From Paramoeba atlantica (taxonomy: Eukaryota; Protista; Discosea): DNA of 64,000 bases. Below, one piece after another: positions 10,848 through 21,009 of the stretch. The position numbers and the translations under genes are program-made. The first letter of the stretch is position 1. Each line of letters begins with the position of its first letter. The stretch is from assembly GCA_977017575.1 (NCBI GenBank), contig CDRNVI010000044.1, positions 926,759 to 990,758 of the forward strand, in the 5' to 3' direction. Below the pieces are notes generated by a model that saw nothing but the letters and a program-made list of their open reading frames with translations, did not search any database and was not told the origin of the DNA.

Positions 10848-11233
10848 GGATCTTAAATCTTAAATCTGCAATGTGTCAGAAAGTGCAATTTATAGCTCTT
10901 TAAGATTCTTATGTACGGTATCTATTAGAGTAGTAAACAACCCACTAATACTAGGGAAAAAGTAATACTCTATAGAATGTACAGCAATGGTGTGTTTTTA
11001 ACTTGTCAATATGGTAGTGATTCCTACTTAACTAATATTGAACACAAGTTATGCGATTAAAACAATGAATGCACAGCACTTTACAACATTCAGATAAGTT
11101 TCTCTTTGTGAAAGTCTCTCATTAATAAGTTATTTTTCCACGAATAAAAATGTTGTTTTTTCCTCTCTTCACAGAAGTCCAATCTTAAAATTGAATATGC
11201 ACTAACAGAACGTTTACCTCTCAGTCACAGTTT

Positions 11234-13315
11234 TTATGTTTTAATCTCCAAATCGTCAGAAGCCTTTTGCGGCTTACTGGCAATGAACGGCTGAAGCTTG
11301 CGTAATGATTTCTTCCACTGTCGAAGATTCAAGTTGTAGGTTGGTTTTTCAACCAAAGTATTTTCTGGATCCGGCCTCTGTGGTATCTCATGAACGAGTT
11401 TGAAGAGTTCTTGCTCTTCCGTTTCATCGTTGACATCTCGAAGATAAGAATGCTGAAAAGGAGGCTTAGGATGATTCATGACATGTAACCACACGACGTA
11501 AGCTTTTGAACGCATCACGGGCGTAAGAGCTTTCTTGCGAGAGCAAACCAATGCGTCTTGTTCACTTAAAGACCCCTCTTTCGAATTCATCATGGCTGTA
11601 CTCGAGTCTCCGACTGAGACATCCTTTGAATTTGTGTAAGCAGGGTCGGGAGACGTGTTTTCTGATGCGAAACTTTCATCTTTGAGCGTCATCGCATGAG
11701 CTTTCTTTTGCTGGAGCGTCAGATTCGTCTTTTCTTTCTTCTTCAGCGAGCGAGGAGTGGGTTTCTGCTTCTCATCTGTTTTCCTTGTGATTCGTGTCGC
11801 TGTTTCCTTCGTTATCTTTTTCACAGAGGTACTGCTTTTCTTTGTCCTTTGATCCGCATAACAGAACCGGCCGTTGTCGTACTTCAACGCGAATTTCAAA
11901 ATGTCCTGCGTGTCTTCCATATCCTCAAGATAGGGCGCATATCGTCGAGGGTAGTGATACATTGTCATCGGATTCACCCACGGCACATACCCAATCTCAT
12001 TCGCCCACGGGTCATACATATACGCCCCACGCGCAAACCTCGAAACATCCTCCCCCACACAACTCGCAGGATCGCTCTCCCGTCCCTCCACCGCACCTTT
12101 CCCCTTCTTTCCCTTCCCCTTTCCCTTTTTTCCTTTTTTCTCCTCCCTCCCCTCTAACCCCCCTCCTTCCCCTGTCTTGATCTCGTTTCCCACCCCCTGC
12201 CCCGTTTTTCCTTCCCCTCCCCCCGGACCCTCCCCCTCCCCCTCCCCGACCGCATACGGCACCGGCACCACCACGGGGGCGTACCGCGGCCCGCACCCCC
12301 AGGCCGCGCGCCACCCCGTCCCGCACGCACGCTCCAGCACGCGGTACGCCGCAGCCGTCAGCCACCGGTTCCCCCCGACGTGGCCGTGCGGGAAGGAGAC
12401 CCCGGGAAGGAGAGGGGCGCCGGGCATGCGGGGAGTAGCCGTCGTAGTGGTTGCTGCTGCTGCTGCTGCTGCTGTTGTCGTAGTAGTAGTAGTAGTAGTT
12501 GTTGTTGTGGTTGTGGCTACTGGAGAGAGCTGGGAGAGCTGGGAGAGCTGGGTGTGTAGGGCTGTACTGTAGGTAGGGGTGTGGGAGGTAGGGAGTGAGG
12601 GGGGGAGGTGTGGGGGGTAGTCGTGAGGGGGGAGAGGGTGCAGTTGTTGCTGTTGTTGTTGTTGTTGTTGTTGCTGTGAGGTTAGGCGTTTCTGTTGAGT
12701 TTGTTGGGGTTGCGGTTGTTGCTGTTGTTGTGGTTGATGTTGTGCGGGGGGTTTGTTGTACAGCGTGGGGGGGTGGGTAGGGAGAGAGGTAGAGGAGGGG
12801 GGAGGGGGGGGACGGGGGGTGGTAGTGCCACTGGGATGGGATGGGGGCGTAGAGGTAATAACGGGGACAGGTCCGGATGGGGTACGCACTGTGGCGTGGG
12901 TACGGATCTTTTCTCGGAGTTGTTGAAGCTGGTGTCGTTCGTCGGTGCTGATGAGGGTGTCGGTGCGGCGGATCGTTGAGGAGGGGTGGGAGGAAGGGGG
13001 GAGGAAGGGGGAGGTGAATTCGGCGGGGTATTTTTCGGTGGTTTTCCGTGTCGTGGTGTGGAGAATTTTGTGTGTTGAGAGGATGTGCTCGGGAATGGTG
13101 GGGGTTTGGTCGTGAACGGTGTCAAGGTGAGACCGTGGGGGGATGACGTGGGATCGAGTCTCCACGCGGGATGGGCGATCCGGGCGAGTGAAACCGCTAG
13201 AGAGGAAGGACGGGGAGGTTCCGCTTTGGAGGTCAAGTAGTGACCGTACGCGCAGACGAATACGTTGGAGCTCGTCGTAGGAGTACTTGATGCGAGGAAC
13301 TGTGGCGATTGACAT
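11234..13315 (-). CDS. Low-complexity P/Q/T/G-rich protein with N-terminal eIF4E-binding-like motif (4E-IP-like)
   Basis: 693-aa ORF; N-terminus RIKYSYDELQRIR; poly-Q, poly-T, poly-A and Gly/Glu/Lys tracts. Confidence 0.55.
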   Translation of the reverse strand: MSIATVPRIKYSYDELQRIRLRVRSLLDLQSGTSPSFLSSGFTRPDRPSRVETRSHVIPPRSHLDTVHDQTPTIPEHILSTHKILHTTTRKTTEKYPAEFTSPFLPPSSHPSSTIRRTDTLISTDERHQLQQLREKIRTHATVRTPSGPVPVITSTPPSHPSGTTTPRPPPPPSSTSLPTHPPTLYNKPPAQHQPQQQQQPQPQQTQQKRLTSQQQQQQQQQQQLHPLPPHDYPPHLPPSLPTSHTPTYSTALHTQLSQLSQLSPVATTTTTTTTTTTTTTAAAAAAATTTTATPRMPGAPLLPGVSFPHGHVGGNRWLTAAAYRVLERACGTGWRAAWGCGPRYAPVVVPVPYAVGEGEGEGPGGGEGKTGQGVGNEIKTGEGGGLEGREEKKGKKGKGKGKKGKGAVEGRESDPASCVGEDVSRFARGAYMYDPWANEIGYVPWVNPMTMYHYPRRYAPYLEDMEDTQDILKFALKYDNGRFCYADQRTKKSSTSVKKITKETATRITRKTDEKQKPTPRSLKKKEKTNLTLQQKKAHAMTLKDESFASENTSPDPAYTNSKDVSVGDSSTAMMNSKEGSLSEQDALVCSRKKALTPVMRSKAYVVWLHVMNHPKPPFQHSYLRDVNDETEEQELFKLVHEIPQRPDPENTLVEKPTYNLNLRQWKKSLRKLQPFIASKPQKASDDLEIKT
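12453..12745. repeat. Coding microsatellites (GCT)n, (TAG)n, (GTT)n and (GAGAGCTGG)x3
   Basis: Directly visible; they encode poly-Ala, poly-Thr, poly-Gln and SQL repeats on the minus strand. Confidence 0.9.
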
Positions 13316-13506
13316 AGCGAGGAGAATATGTAAAAAAGAGTATAAATCAAACTAGATGCAGGTAAACTTGATGAGGATATTGTAATGACCATATCGTGTT
13401 GATTCATCTTGCGACTTTACGAGTATCAATTGTTTTGTCTATATAGGGGGGTCACAGTTTAGGGGGGTCACAGTATATGCTAGGAAGATGATTCTGAAAA
13501 CGGGAA

Positions 13507-14007
13507 CTACTGCACATGCGGTGGTACAGCTTCGAATGTGTGTGGGTATCGGGGATAATAATGGTAATATTTGTGTCGAGTGGCATTGTATCCCGCCCAA
13601 CGATCAGCAATACGACGTATTTCTTTTTGGCCAGCAGGATCCTCACTGTGCAGAGAGGCGGCGATATCTTCGGACTCCGGCATCGGGCCTGGTTGTCCAG
13701 GTGCAACTAACGTCGCCCGTCGCATGTCGTCCACTTCAAGAGGATTGACAATTCTTGTGTATGGTTCGTAGTCAGAATCTTCGGGATGATTGAGCGTGTA
13801 CTCTGCTCGTACTTCCGGCTCCACACTCTTTAGTACATAGTACGGACGTCGTAGTGTCGCCTCATTGGCTTCTGCAGCGTCTCGCTTAAACCATTCGTAC
13901 TTTCGGACACTATTGGGGAGCGGATGTAGAAGATGACGCCACTTTGTGTGAATGCGCCGCAGAAATCTGCAACGGTTGATCATAATACAGAAAAAGCTTA
14001 GCAACAA
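13507..14007 (-). CDS. Hypothetical protein, possibly mitochondrial
   Basis: 166-aa ORF on the cluster strand, Arg-rich N-terminus (RCRFLRRIH), normal composition. Confidence 0.6.
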   Translation of the reverse strand: MLLSFFCIMINRCRFLRRIHTKWRHLLHPLPNSVRKYEWFKRDAAEANEATLRRPYYVLKSVEPEVRAEYTLNHPEDSDYEPYTRIVNPLEVDDMRRATLVAPGQPGPMPESEDIAASLHSEDPAGQKEIRRIADRWAGYNATRHKYYHYYPRYPHTFEAVPPHVQ

Positions 14008-14213
14008 TAACTCTACTTCTAAGTTCTGTGTGTTTTGCTATACAAAATGGAAAACTTCATAAAACGTGGTTTTTACTGCAGGCTTTTGAACACAAAACTG
14101 GTAAATATTGGTATTTAAGGTCTTAAAAGGTTTTAATCTTGACTTGAACTTTTCATCAAATATCCGTGTGAACGAGCCCCAGTACACTAAATATCAACTT
14201 CACCATTGATACA

Positions 14214-17174
14214 TTAAAATTGGTCACTTTCGGATACCAATTGCTTTTCTGTAGTTTCGTGATCTCGTTCAATTCTTGCACTAGAAGCGTGAAGTGAAAA
14301 TGATACTTCAGACCCTAAACTATCACTACCGTACTCAGGAATCGGTTCGATATTCTGTGGACGCTTCTTTTTTTTACGATGCTTAGTCTTGCCGGAAGTG
14401 GGATGAATTTTGTTTTTGATATTCTTCAAAAGCATTTTATCCTTGTTTTGTGTCTTGGAAACATCCAAGTTTTCAGTAGTAGTACATGATTGCATCGTCT
14501 TTAATGCATGCTCAGCCTCGCCTTCGCTCATATTTATCTCAGCATGTGCTAACGTCTTGTGAGATTCGTCGTCATAAAGAGCTGACGTAGCAGCTACAGT
14601 GCTTATCTCCTTCCACGTTGAGTTCGATAGAGGAAAGATTAGCCTCGGCAAGGATATCTTCAAACCTACTTTACGAATGGCAGCTACTGTGATCCGGGTC
14701 ATTTGAAGCGCAATTTCTCGTAATTCATGACGTTCTCGACTTTGTGCCTGCGTGTGTAAATGTGCAAAACTAGAATTGTCTAATAGGGTCCGCCTAGCAA
14801 CAGACGATACTTCGCACTCTTTTGTTTTCATCAGTATATCGAAATACAACAATAAAAAGTTCATGTTGACCAGCGGAGCATGGCACTTCAAATGAACCAT
14901 CGTGTAAAAGAGTGTTTTGATGGAGCGAATGGTGTCTAATGAGAGCGAATCCCACTGATTTAGGGCGAGTTCGTAAGGATATAAACTCCAAGGATCTGAT
15001 GAAATAGACAATACAGCACACATTTCGCCATCTTCAGGATCGACTCTACGCCAAATTATTGTTGTTAGATACACAAGTTGTAGCAAATCAGAAAGGTAAC
15101 CTGGCTCGCTACTTACCCGTGGATGAAATCGCTTCCCTATCCATGAACGAATGCCATCCCACAACTTACCTTCCTGAATCAGACTCTTCGCTATCGAGTC
15201 GGGTAGAAAGTATGGAAATGCTGCCATGGAAGTTAAGTATTCTTTAAGAAAGCGCAAAAGTAAGGTCATTTCCCTTTGCCGTTTTCGTAAATGAACTGCC
15301 GTACAGACACGCAGTGCGGTAGCTCCAATTGTACCAGGCTTGTAGGGAATTTTTGAGATCGGACTAGGTCTATCCAAATCCCCTTTTTCAAGTTCGGTAG
15401 AATCGTTATGATGCGGAGTCACACTAGGTTCCTCAGTATCATTCTCGTTAAGTGAGCTAATATCATCATGTGATTCTTTGCATAAAGGGTCAAACGATTC
15501 CTTTTCTAAAGAATCTATACTTCCGGTTGCCTGTACCTCATTTTTACTTCCCTCCGTTATTTTTCCCCAAATAAGTCGAAGAGTCACTTTTATCAGTTCT
15601 ACTGTCTCAAAGTGGTTCTCAGTGCCTTGCGAATGCTTCGAATCAGAGCGACCATATTCGCGTACGGCACAAAGTACGGCAGCGAGAATAATAAAAAAGC
15701 TTCTTACAGGAACGGGGCACGCGTCGTCGTGCATCATTGCCTCTCTTTCCTCAAACTTTTCGGTCCCATCGTCGGCACTGGAAGACCATGCCACCAGAAT
15801 AGGAACGTAGTGTAGCATCCAATCCTGAAAACAGCCTTGCAAAAAAGTCAACATGCTATTGGAAAACACTTTGCGTACAATGTGAAAACCTGTATGTAAT
15901 TCTGAAATATTTTCCCTTTGAGTGGTCAAATGCTCTGGGGTAGACATCTCTTGAATTGCTTTCGTGTACAAGGGCGCTGCTTGAGTATTTTTCCGTGGCC
16001 CTGTCCTAACAATTTTTCTCTTGTCAATTTCTTCAAGTCGAGCGAGTGGCGGTAAGTCTTGCCTACGAATCATATGCCCTTCAGCATTTCGTCGAATTAG
16101 AAGCTCAGTGTTGAAACTTTGCGAACGCGGCGCTGGGTTTACAGGTGTGTCCAGTGTCTTATTTTCCCGGTTGGGGGAAGCTGTCGATACACTTTGGGTT
16201 TCGTTCCTTTCCAGAGCAGCATCTGGTGGCTGATCTGGAGAGATCCAGTCAAGAGGAGTTTCGGCCAGCTTGAACATGGCCGCCAACGAAAAAGAAATCA
16301 GCTCGTTCCACCGCATTTGTCGTTCACAGTCCATAGAGCTAGTATTATTTTGCTTCATTGCTACGAATAGGAAGTCAACACACCCACTGTCATATAAGGA
16401 ACGTAGGTATGTTGAGCGATACTCATGAGAATTTTTCACGCGCTCTCTGAGTAAGCTAATGTTCTTAACATACAGGAGGGACAACTCGATAAAATCCATG
16501 TCATCAGGGCACAGTGGAGACGAACCAAGTAGCAGTGAGACTGCGTATTGAGTAGTAGCTGTCATAGACGCATTCCTTAGTAGCATTTGGAGGCTTTCTT
16601 CCCTTACGACTTGCAATTCTGCTTCGTCGTATTCTGTCTCCACTTCGCAGAGCGTAGTTGCAGCCACTAGTGCCCTGAGGCAGCCACGGATAATTGAATC
16701 ACACCGAGAAAGGGTCACTTCTCCGTGTAATCTGTCCGCAGATTGCTCTCCTAAAGTAAGTAATGCGTAGTTCAAAAGTGGGAATAGTTCATTAGCAATA
16801 ACGTGAGCCTTGTGTATATATACGAATCTTGATCTCTCAAGCTGGCACAGGTAGGATGATGAAACAGAACTTCCGTGACGAGCACTATGTAATTCTGCCG
16901 TTTTCGCTTCACCAGATTTTCCGGTTCCATCATATAGGGAAGATTCTCGACGCTCGTTGATGGATCGCATTTCACGCACCAAAAGAGATTTTACTAATCG
17001 TAAGGCGTCAATACAATGTTCAGGAAGGTCGTATGTTATATCGTTCCATGACCACATCGGTTCTGCATCGTCAGCTTCATAATCCTCGTCCTCCGACGAA
17101 GCTGAATAGGTTTTACGTAGCACGTTAACAGATTGCGTTAGGACTGTTAAAGCCTCCGAAACATGGCCCTGCAT
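14214..17174 (-). CDS. Timeless/Tof1-like protein (divergent)
   Basis: 986 aa; N-terminal PEHCIDALRLVKSLLVRE...HVIANELFPLL and FIELSLLYVKNI resemble Timeless N-terminal helices; basic C-terminal patch KHRKKKKRP. Confidence 0.5.
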   Translation of the reverse strand: MQGHVSEALTVLTQSVNVLRKTYSASSEDEDYEADDAEPMWSWNDITYDLPEHCIDALRLVKSLLVREMRSINERRESSLYDGTGKSGEAKTAELHSARHGSSVSSSYLCQLERSRFVYIHKAHVIANELFPLLNYALLTLGEQSADRLHGEVTLSRCDSIIRGCLRALVAATTLCEVETEYDEAELQVVREESLQMLLRNASMTATTQYAVSLLLGSSPLCPDDMDFIELSLLYVKNISLLRERVKNSHEYRSTYLRSLYDSGCVDFLFVAMKQNNTSSMDCERQMRWNELISFSLAAMFKLAETPLDWISPDQPPDAALERNETQSVSTASPNRENKTLDTPVNPAPRSQSFNTELLIRRNAEGHMIRRQDLPPLARLEEIDKRKIVRTGPRKNTQAAPLYTKAIQEMSTPEHLTTQRENISELHTGFHIVRKVFSNSMLTFLQGCFQDWMLHYVPILVAWSSSADDGTEKFEEREAMMHDDACPVPVRSFFIILAAVLCAVREYGRSDSKHSQGTENHFETVELIKVTLRLIWGKITEGSKNEVQATGSIDSLEKESFDPLCKESHDDISSLNENDTEEPSVTPHHNDSTELEKGDLDRPSPISKIPYKPGTIGATALRVCTAVHLRKRQREMTLLLRFLKEYLTSMAAFPYFLPDSIAKSLIQEGKLWDGIRSWIGKRFHPRVSSEPGYLSDLLQLVYLTTIIWRRVDPEDGEMCAVLSISSDPWSLYPYELALNQWDSLSLDTIRSIKTLFYTMVHLKCHAPLVNMNFLLLYFDILMKTKECEVSSVARRTLLDNSSFAHLHTQAQSRERHELREIALQMTRITVAAIRKVGLKISLPRLIFPLSNSTWKEISTVAATSALYDDESHKTLAHAEINMSEGEAEHALKTMQSCTTTENLDVSKTQNKDKMLLKNIKNKIHPTSGKTKHRKKKKRPQNIEPIPEYGSDSLGSEVSFSLHASSARIERDHETTEKQLVSESDQF

Positions 17175-17684
17175 GAAAAATCGCAGTAATACTTTTCCTA
17201 TTTAGCATGAAATCTTTGCGTAGTATTGTTGGATGCTCGTATTTAAAGTAATCGGGCTGATTCCTTAGAAGTCTTAAAATAGCTCTTAAAACAGGAACTT
17301 CAAAACCCGTTTATGAGGCACCGTTTTACGATTACTTATTCATAAGCACGCTATACAACTGCGTTGTAGTGTTCTCTTATTATACGTAGCTGTAACCCTC
17401 TATTTTCGTCTGCATACAAGTACAAGTTTATAAAATTATAAAATGCACGTGGGTTGCTCCAGTAGGACTATATTACACGTGAGCCTCGATCATCTCGAGA
17501 TGTATTTTTTTCACATAATTGAGAGAAACACAAAAGAATACATAGTGTTCCTCATAATCACATATTTGATTTGCATAAAACCCCTTCCGAATCAATAGTA
17601 AAATTCAGGCATGCTTCTGCAGTCCTAGGAACTTTCCGCAGTCCAAAATTTTCACGTAGTTTGATCTGAATTTAAGATCTGCAA

Positions 17685-18998
17685 TTAAGGAGATGAAACC
17701 ACTGTTGTACCTACCGAGGAATACTCTGGTCGCGCTATTCTCATTCCTTTGAAATCCAATGACAAGTCTTCACATCGATTAAGAAGTTCCTGCAGCTTTA
17801 AGGTATCTTTTCGCCCTTCCAGCGTATCCATTTTATGTTTCCTTGCATCCGAAATTTGCGCTTTAAGCAATACCTCAATCTTTTTCTCCAAGGCTTCGAG
17901 TTCATGATCAAGATCATCTAAAAAGAGGCTAGATGATTCTAGTTTAGGTCTGAGATCTAAGAATTCTTTCTCTGTAGCGTCAAAAACATCTCTATTGACT
18001 GTCTCGGCTTCTGCTTCAATATCCGGTTGCAGTAACTTACGGTCTTCCTCAGAGACTTCCCCAGCAGACTCGCGCATAGTTCGTAGAATTTGTATTGCGT
18101 TTGTCATCTTCGTCGTTACGAGCTGCACATTTCTTTCTTCGGTCTCGATGGATCGGTTTTGGTTGTTGCAGACCTCCTTTGTTTTCTTAATGTTGTGATG
18201 CGTGGTACGCTTTTGGTTTTCAAGATTACGCATATACGCATGTTCATCTTTCCGACTAAGCTCGGTAAGAAGTATGTCCTTTCGCCTTGTTACCTGCTCC
18301 ATTCGACGTAGCTCCTCCTTGATGTCTTGCTCTTCCAATTCGTTTTCGTCAAGCTCCTGAAGTACATCCCGAAGCTCATTATCTACGCGGTTTAGGCTTT
18401 GAAGGTTTTCAGTTATATCTTGCAAAAGCTCCGTTTTCGCGGATGCTGAATTTTTTATTGCTTTCTGCTCATTATACATCCTCGTGAGTGATCGTCTCAG
18501 CTCTCCGTGTTTGTTTTCCATGTCAAACGCTTCCGGAAAGGAAATTTTCGCCTGGCATCGTGTCTCATATTCTGTATCTTGCTTTGCAGCCTCTAATTCA
18601 CGCTCTATTTTTTTGATTTCATTGTTTTTTGTGGAAATGGAGCCCTCTTTCGTGCGAAGCTCTTCGAGAAGGTTGTCATGGACCTGTCCTTCACTTTTGA
18701 GTCGGTTATCTAAATCAATTAACTCCGAGACCGTTGAACTAGATAAAGGACCTTTCCGACGATTCGCAGTCAAAGCAGAGTTTTCGACTTTTCGAATAGC
18801 CATCAAATTCGTTGTGTTGAGTTCCTCGAGAATAGCAATTTCTTCCTTAAGGGTCTTGCAATTCGCTTCTTTATCCTTGATACCCATTTCCAATATTCGA
18901 ATACGCTCTTTTGCATTTTGGAGTGAAGAGGGCGTAGGACAGTCGCCAATGGCGGAAGTTGCGTCGTCTGGGATAGGCTCAGATAGGGCAGACAACAT
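17685..18998 (-). CDS. Coiled-coil protein
   Basis: 437 aa, E/K/L/Q-rich heptads throughout. Confidence 0.7.
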   Translation of the reverse strand: MLSALSEPIPDDATSAIGDCPTPSSLQNAKERIRILEMGIKDKEANCKTLKEEIAILEELNTTNLMAIRKVENSALTANRRKGPLSSSTVSELIDLDNRLKSEGQVHDNLLEELRTKEGSISTKNNEIKKIERELEAAKQDTEYETRCQAKISFPEAFDMENKHGELRRSLTRMYNEQKAIKNSASAKTELLQDITENLQSLNRVDNELRDVLQELDENELEEQDIKEELRRMEQVTRRKDILLTELSRKDEHAYMRNLENQKRTTHHNIKKTKEVCNNQNRSIETEERNVQLVTTKMTNAIQILRTMRESAGEVSEEDRKLLQPDIEAEAETVNRDVFDATEKEFLDLRPKLESSSLFLDDLDHELEALEKKIEVLLKAQISDARKHKMDTLEGRKDTLKLQELLNRCEDLSLDFKGMRIARPEYSSVGTTVVSSP

Positions 18999-19153
18999 GA
19001 TGATACAACAATGTAAGAACCAATATAAGAACGTAGAAAATTCTAAAAAGACTGTGTGTGAATCTTATCTTAGATTAAAAGACTTACAGGTACATCAGCA
19101 AGACAATAAAACACAGTACTATTCTTTCCGAAGATTAGTTTTTCTCGCTTTTT

Positions 19154-20467
19154 TCAGTCAACGGTCGGTTTACAGGCAAAGGTAAGGCTCGTAGAGGATG
19201 CATCAATCTGCACTTCAGTTGCATTACAGGTATAAGATGAAGCAGAAGACATTTTTTTCGGATCAGAAGATGACACATTTCTTGTCAATGTTTCAAGACA
19301 ATGTATCAGATCTTCTATGCTGCGAATAAATTCATGACCTATAAATAATAGGCGCCTTCGTTGTATCTGTTTGTAAATCAGATGGGCTCCTCCTCCAGGA
19401 GTGCAATCACAGACAGTCAGATCATCAATACGCAGGGAAAAGCACCATAAGGTTTGTACAGTGTCTTGCATAATTATAAAATCTGACACAGGCAGATTAC
19501 ACGACAAAAATACTGAAAAGACTTCTATTTCGAGCTCGAGATCTAAAGTAGTTGATCGACAGGCCTCTCGCTGTAAGACTGGCATCGAGGCAATCTCTTC
19601 ATTTACAAGAATTATTTTAGATTTCGGAATCAGTATGCCTGAAGGAGAAATATGAACTGGTGTACTTAATTCTCGTGAATCCGTAATCTTATGCGCAGCG
19701 TCTGAGCTCAAGTGAATGTTTTTCTGCTCTTTCTCTGTCACTGGCTGTGACCATCGTAGAAGAGTAAGATTAGAATCAACAACGAGACCCCAACTTTGGT
19801 GCTGAGCAATCGCTGGGTTTCCTCTCCCTTTCGTTGTTGCATCGATAGTTATTTCACCTCGATGCAGAGTTGCAGTACATCTGATGAAGGAAAGGTCGGA
19901 ACAGGGCGTTTGTAGTCTTTCTAAGAGACGATCATGAGAATTCTTGTGGGGTTCAGCATTGGCAAAGTAGCCCTCCTTTTCTTTTACAGCAGTGCGTGCG
20001 GCAATTGTGTTTGAATCTTGATTATCTTTGGAGTGCCTCCAAACGGGGGGGAAAGAAATGTAGGGTAAGTGGCGATCATTTTCTTTCTTCATCCACCGCG
20101 AGATGCGTGACCTCAGCATTGAAGGGCTGCTGAGCTGTCTGTGTGTGTCGCTACATGACCTTGCTCCGCGCATTCTATCATAAGTTCGACGTAGCTCAGA
20201 GTTACAAAGAAATTGAAATGCACTTTGTATGAGACAAAATCCTTCGGACGCGGCAGAACTTTCCTGTGTCCTATCTGGATGTGTGAGTAGACATTTCTGT
20301 CTATAGGCACGCTGTAGCTCAGGATATGTCGCGTCAGAAGAAATACCTAGAATCTCATAGGGATTTGCAACGTCAGATTCCGTGCGAGCAAATTTGTCAA
20401 GTGCTTTTGGTAAGAAGCGCTGCAGTAGATTTATTTCCTCTGGCGTGTATGTTTGCATACAGGTCAC
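19154..20467 (-). CDS. DnaJ/Hsp40 J-domain protein (type III)
   Basis: NPYEILGIS...LQRAYRQKCLLTHPDR...FCLIQSAFQFL...RRTYD, with the HPD motif. Confidence 0.82.
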   Translation of the reverse strand: MTCMQTYTPEEINLLQRFLPKALDKFARTESDVANPYEILGISSDATYPELQRAYRQKCLLTHPDRTQESSAASEGFCLIQSAFQFLCNSELRRTYDRMRGARSCSDTHRQLSSPSMLRSRISRWMKKENDRHLPYISFPPVWRHSKDNQDSNTIAARTAVKEKEGYFANAEPHKNSHDRLLERLQTPCSDLSFIRCTATLHRGEITIDATTKGRGNPAIAQHQSWGLVVDSNLTLLRWSQPVTEKEQKNIHLSSDAAHKITDSRELSTPVHISPSGILIPKSKIILVNEEIASMPVLQREACRSTTLDLELEIEVFSVFLSCNLPVSDFIIMQDTVQTLWCFSLRIDDLTVCDCTPGGGAHLIYKQIQRRRLLFIGHEFIRSIEDLIHCLETLTRNVSSSDPKKMSSASSYTCNATEVQIDASSTSLTFACKPTVD

Positions 20468-21009
20468 ATTTAAAATTACCTCTTTAAAAATTGTTCTACC
20501 TACTAGCAGCCCAAAAAGATTCTGTATAACATCTCTCGTAGTATAAGAGTTGGTGTCTCAAACGTAAGTACAATGCATCCCTGTCAGCTTGCTTCGTACG
20601 TAGTTTCAGTGCACAATAGATAAAAGTATTACTAAATCCTTAATTTAAAGAAACTCTATATTAAGAATCAAGGTAAAGAACTCAAAATCTTTACGTGCCC
20701 TGAGCTTTTATTGCCTTCTTCTTTTTTCTTTTCGAAAACTATCCAAATTTATAAATCTTTCAAAACTCATACTTAGACTATTCTGAGCAATATGCAACAT
20801 TATACTGTCAATTCGTTCACAAATTGTTGGAACAATTCCATCTCCTTTGCAAAAACGGGTTGTAAGTAATTGAAAAAGGTAGAATAGCAATTTTTTGAAG
20901 ATATATTTTTATCATAAAAAAAATACAAGCATTTCGTATCACACTTGCTAGCCCAAAGCACCCGCACGTATCCCTTCTACACATGTCGCTGAGAGTTACT
21001 TTGGGGAAA

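Noticed and set aside
18484-19185. 233-aa plus-strand ORF and similar shadows (e.g. 56121-56828, 21243-21992, 12682-13407)
   Set aside because: They overlap longer, motif-bearing minus-strand CDSs or are alternative frames of low-complexity DNA.
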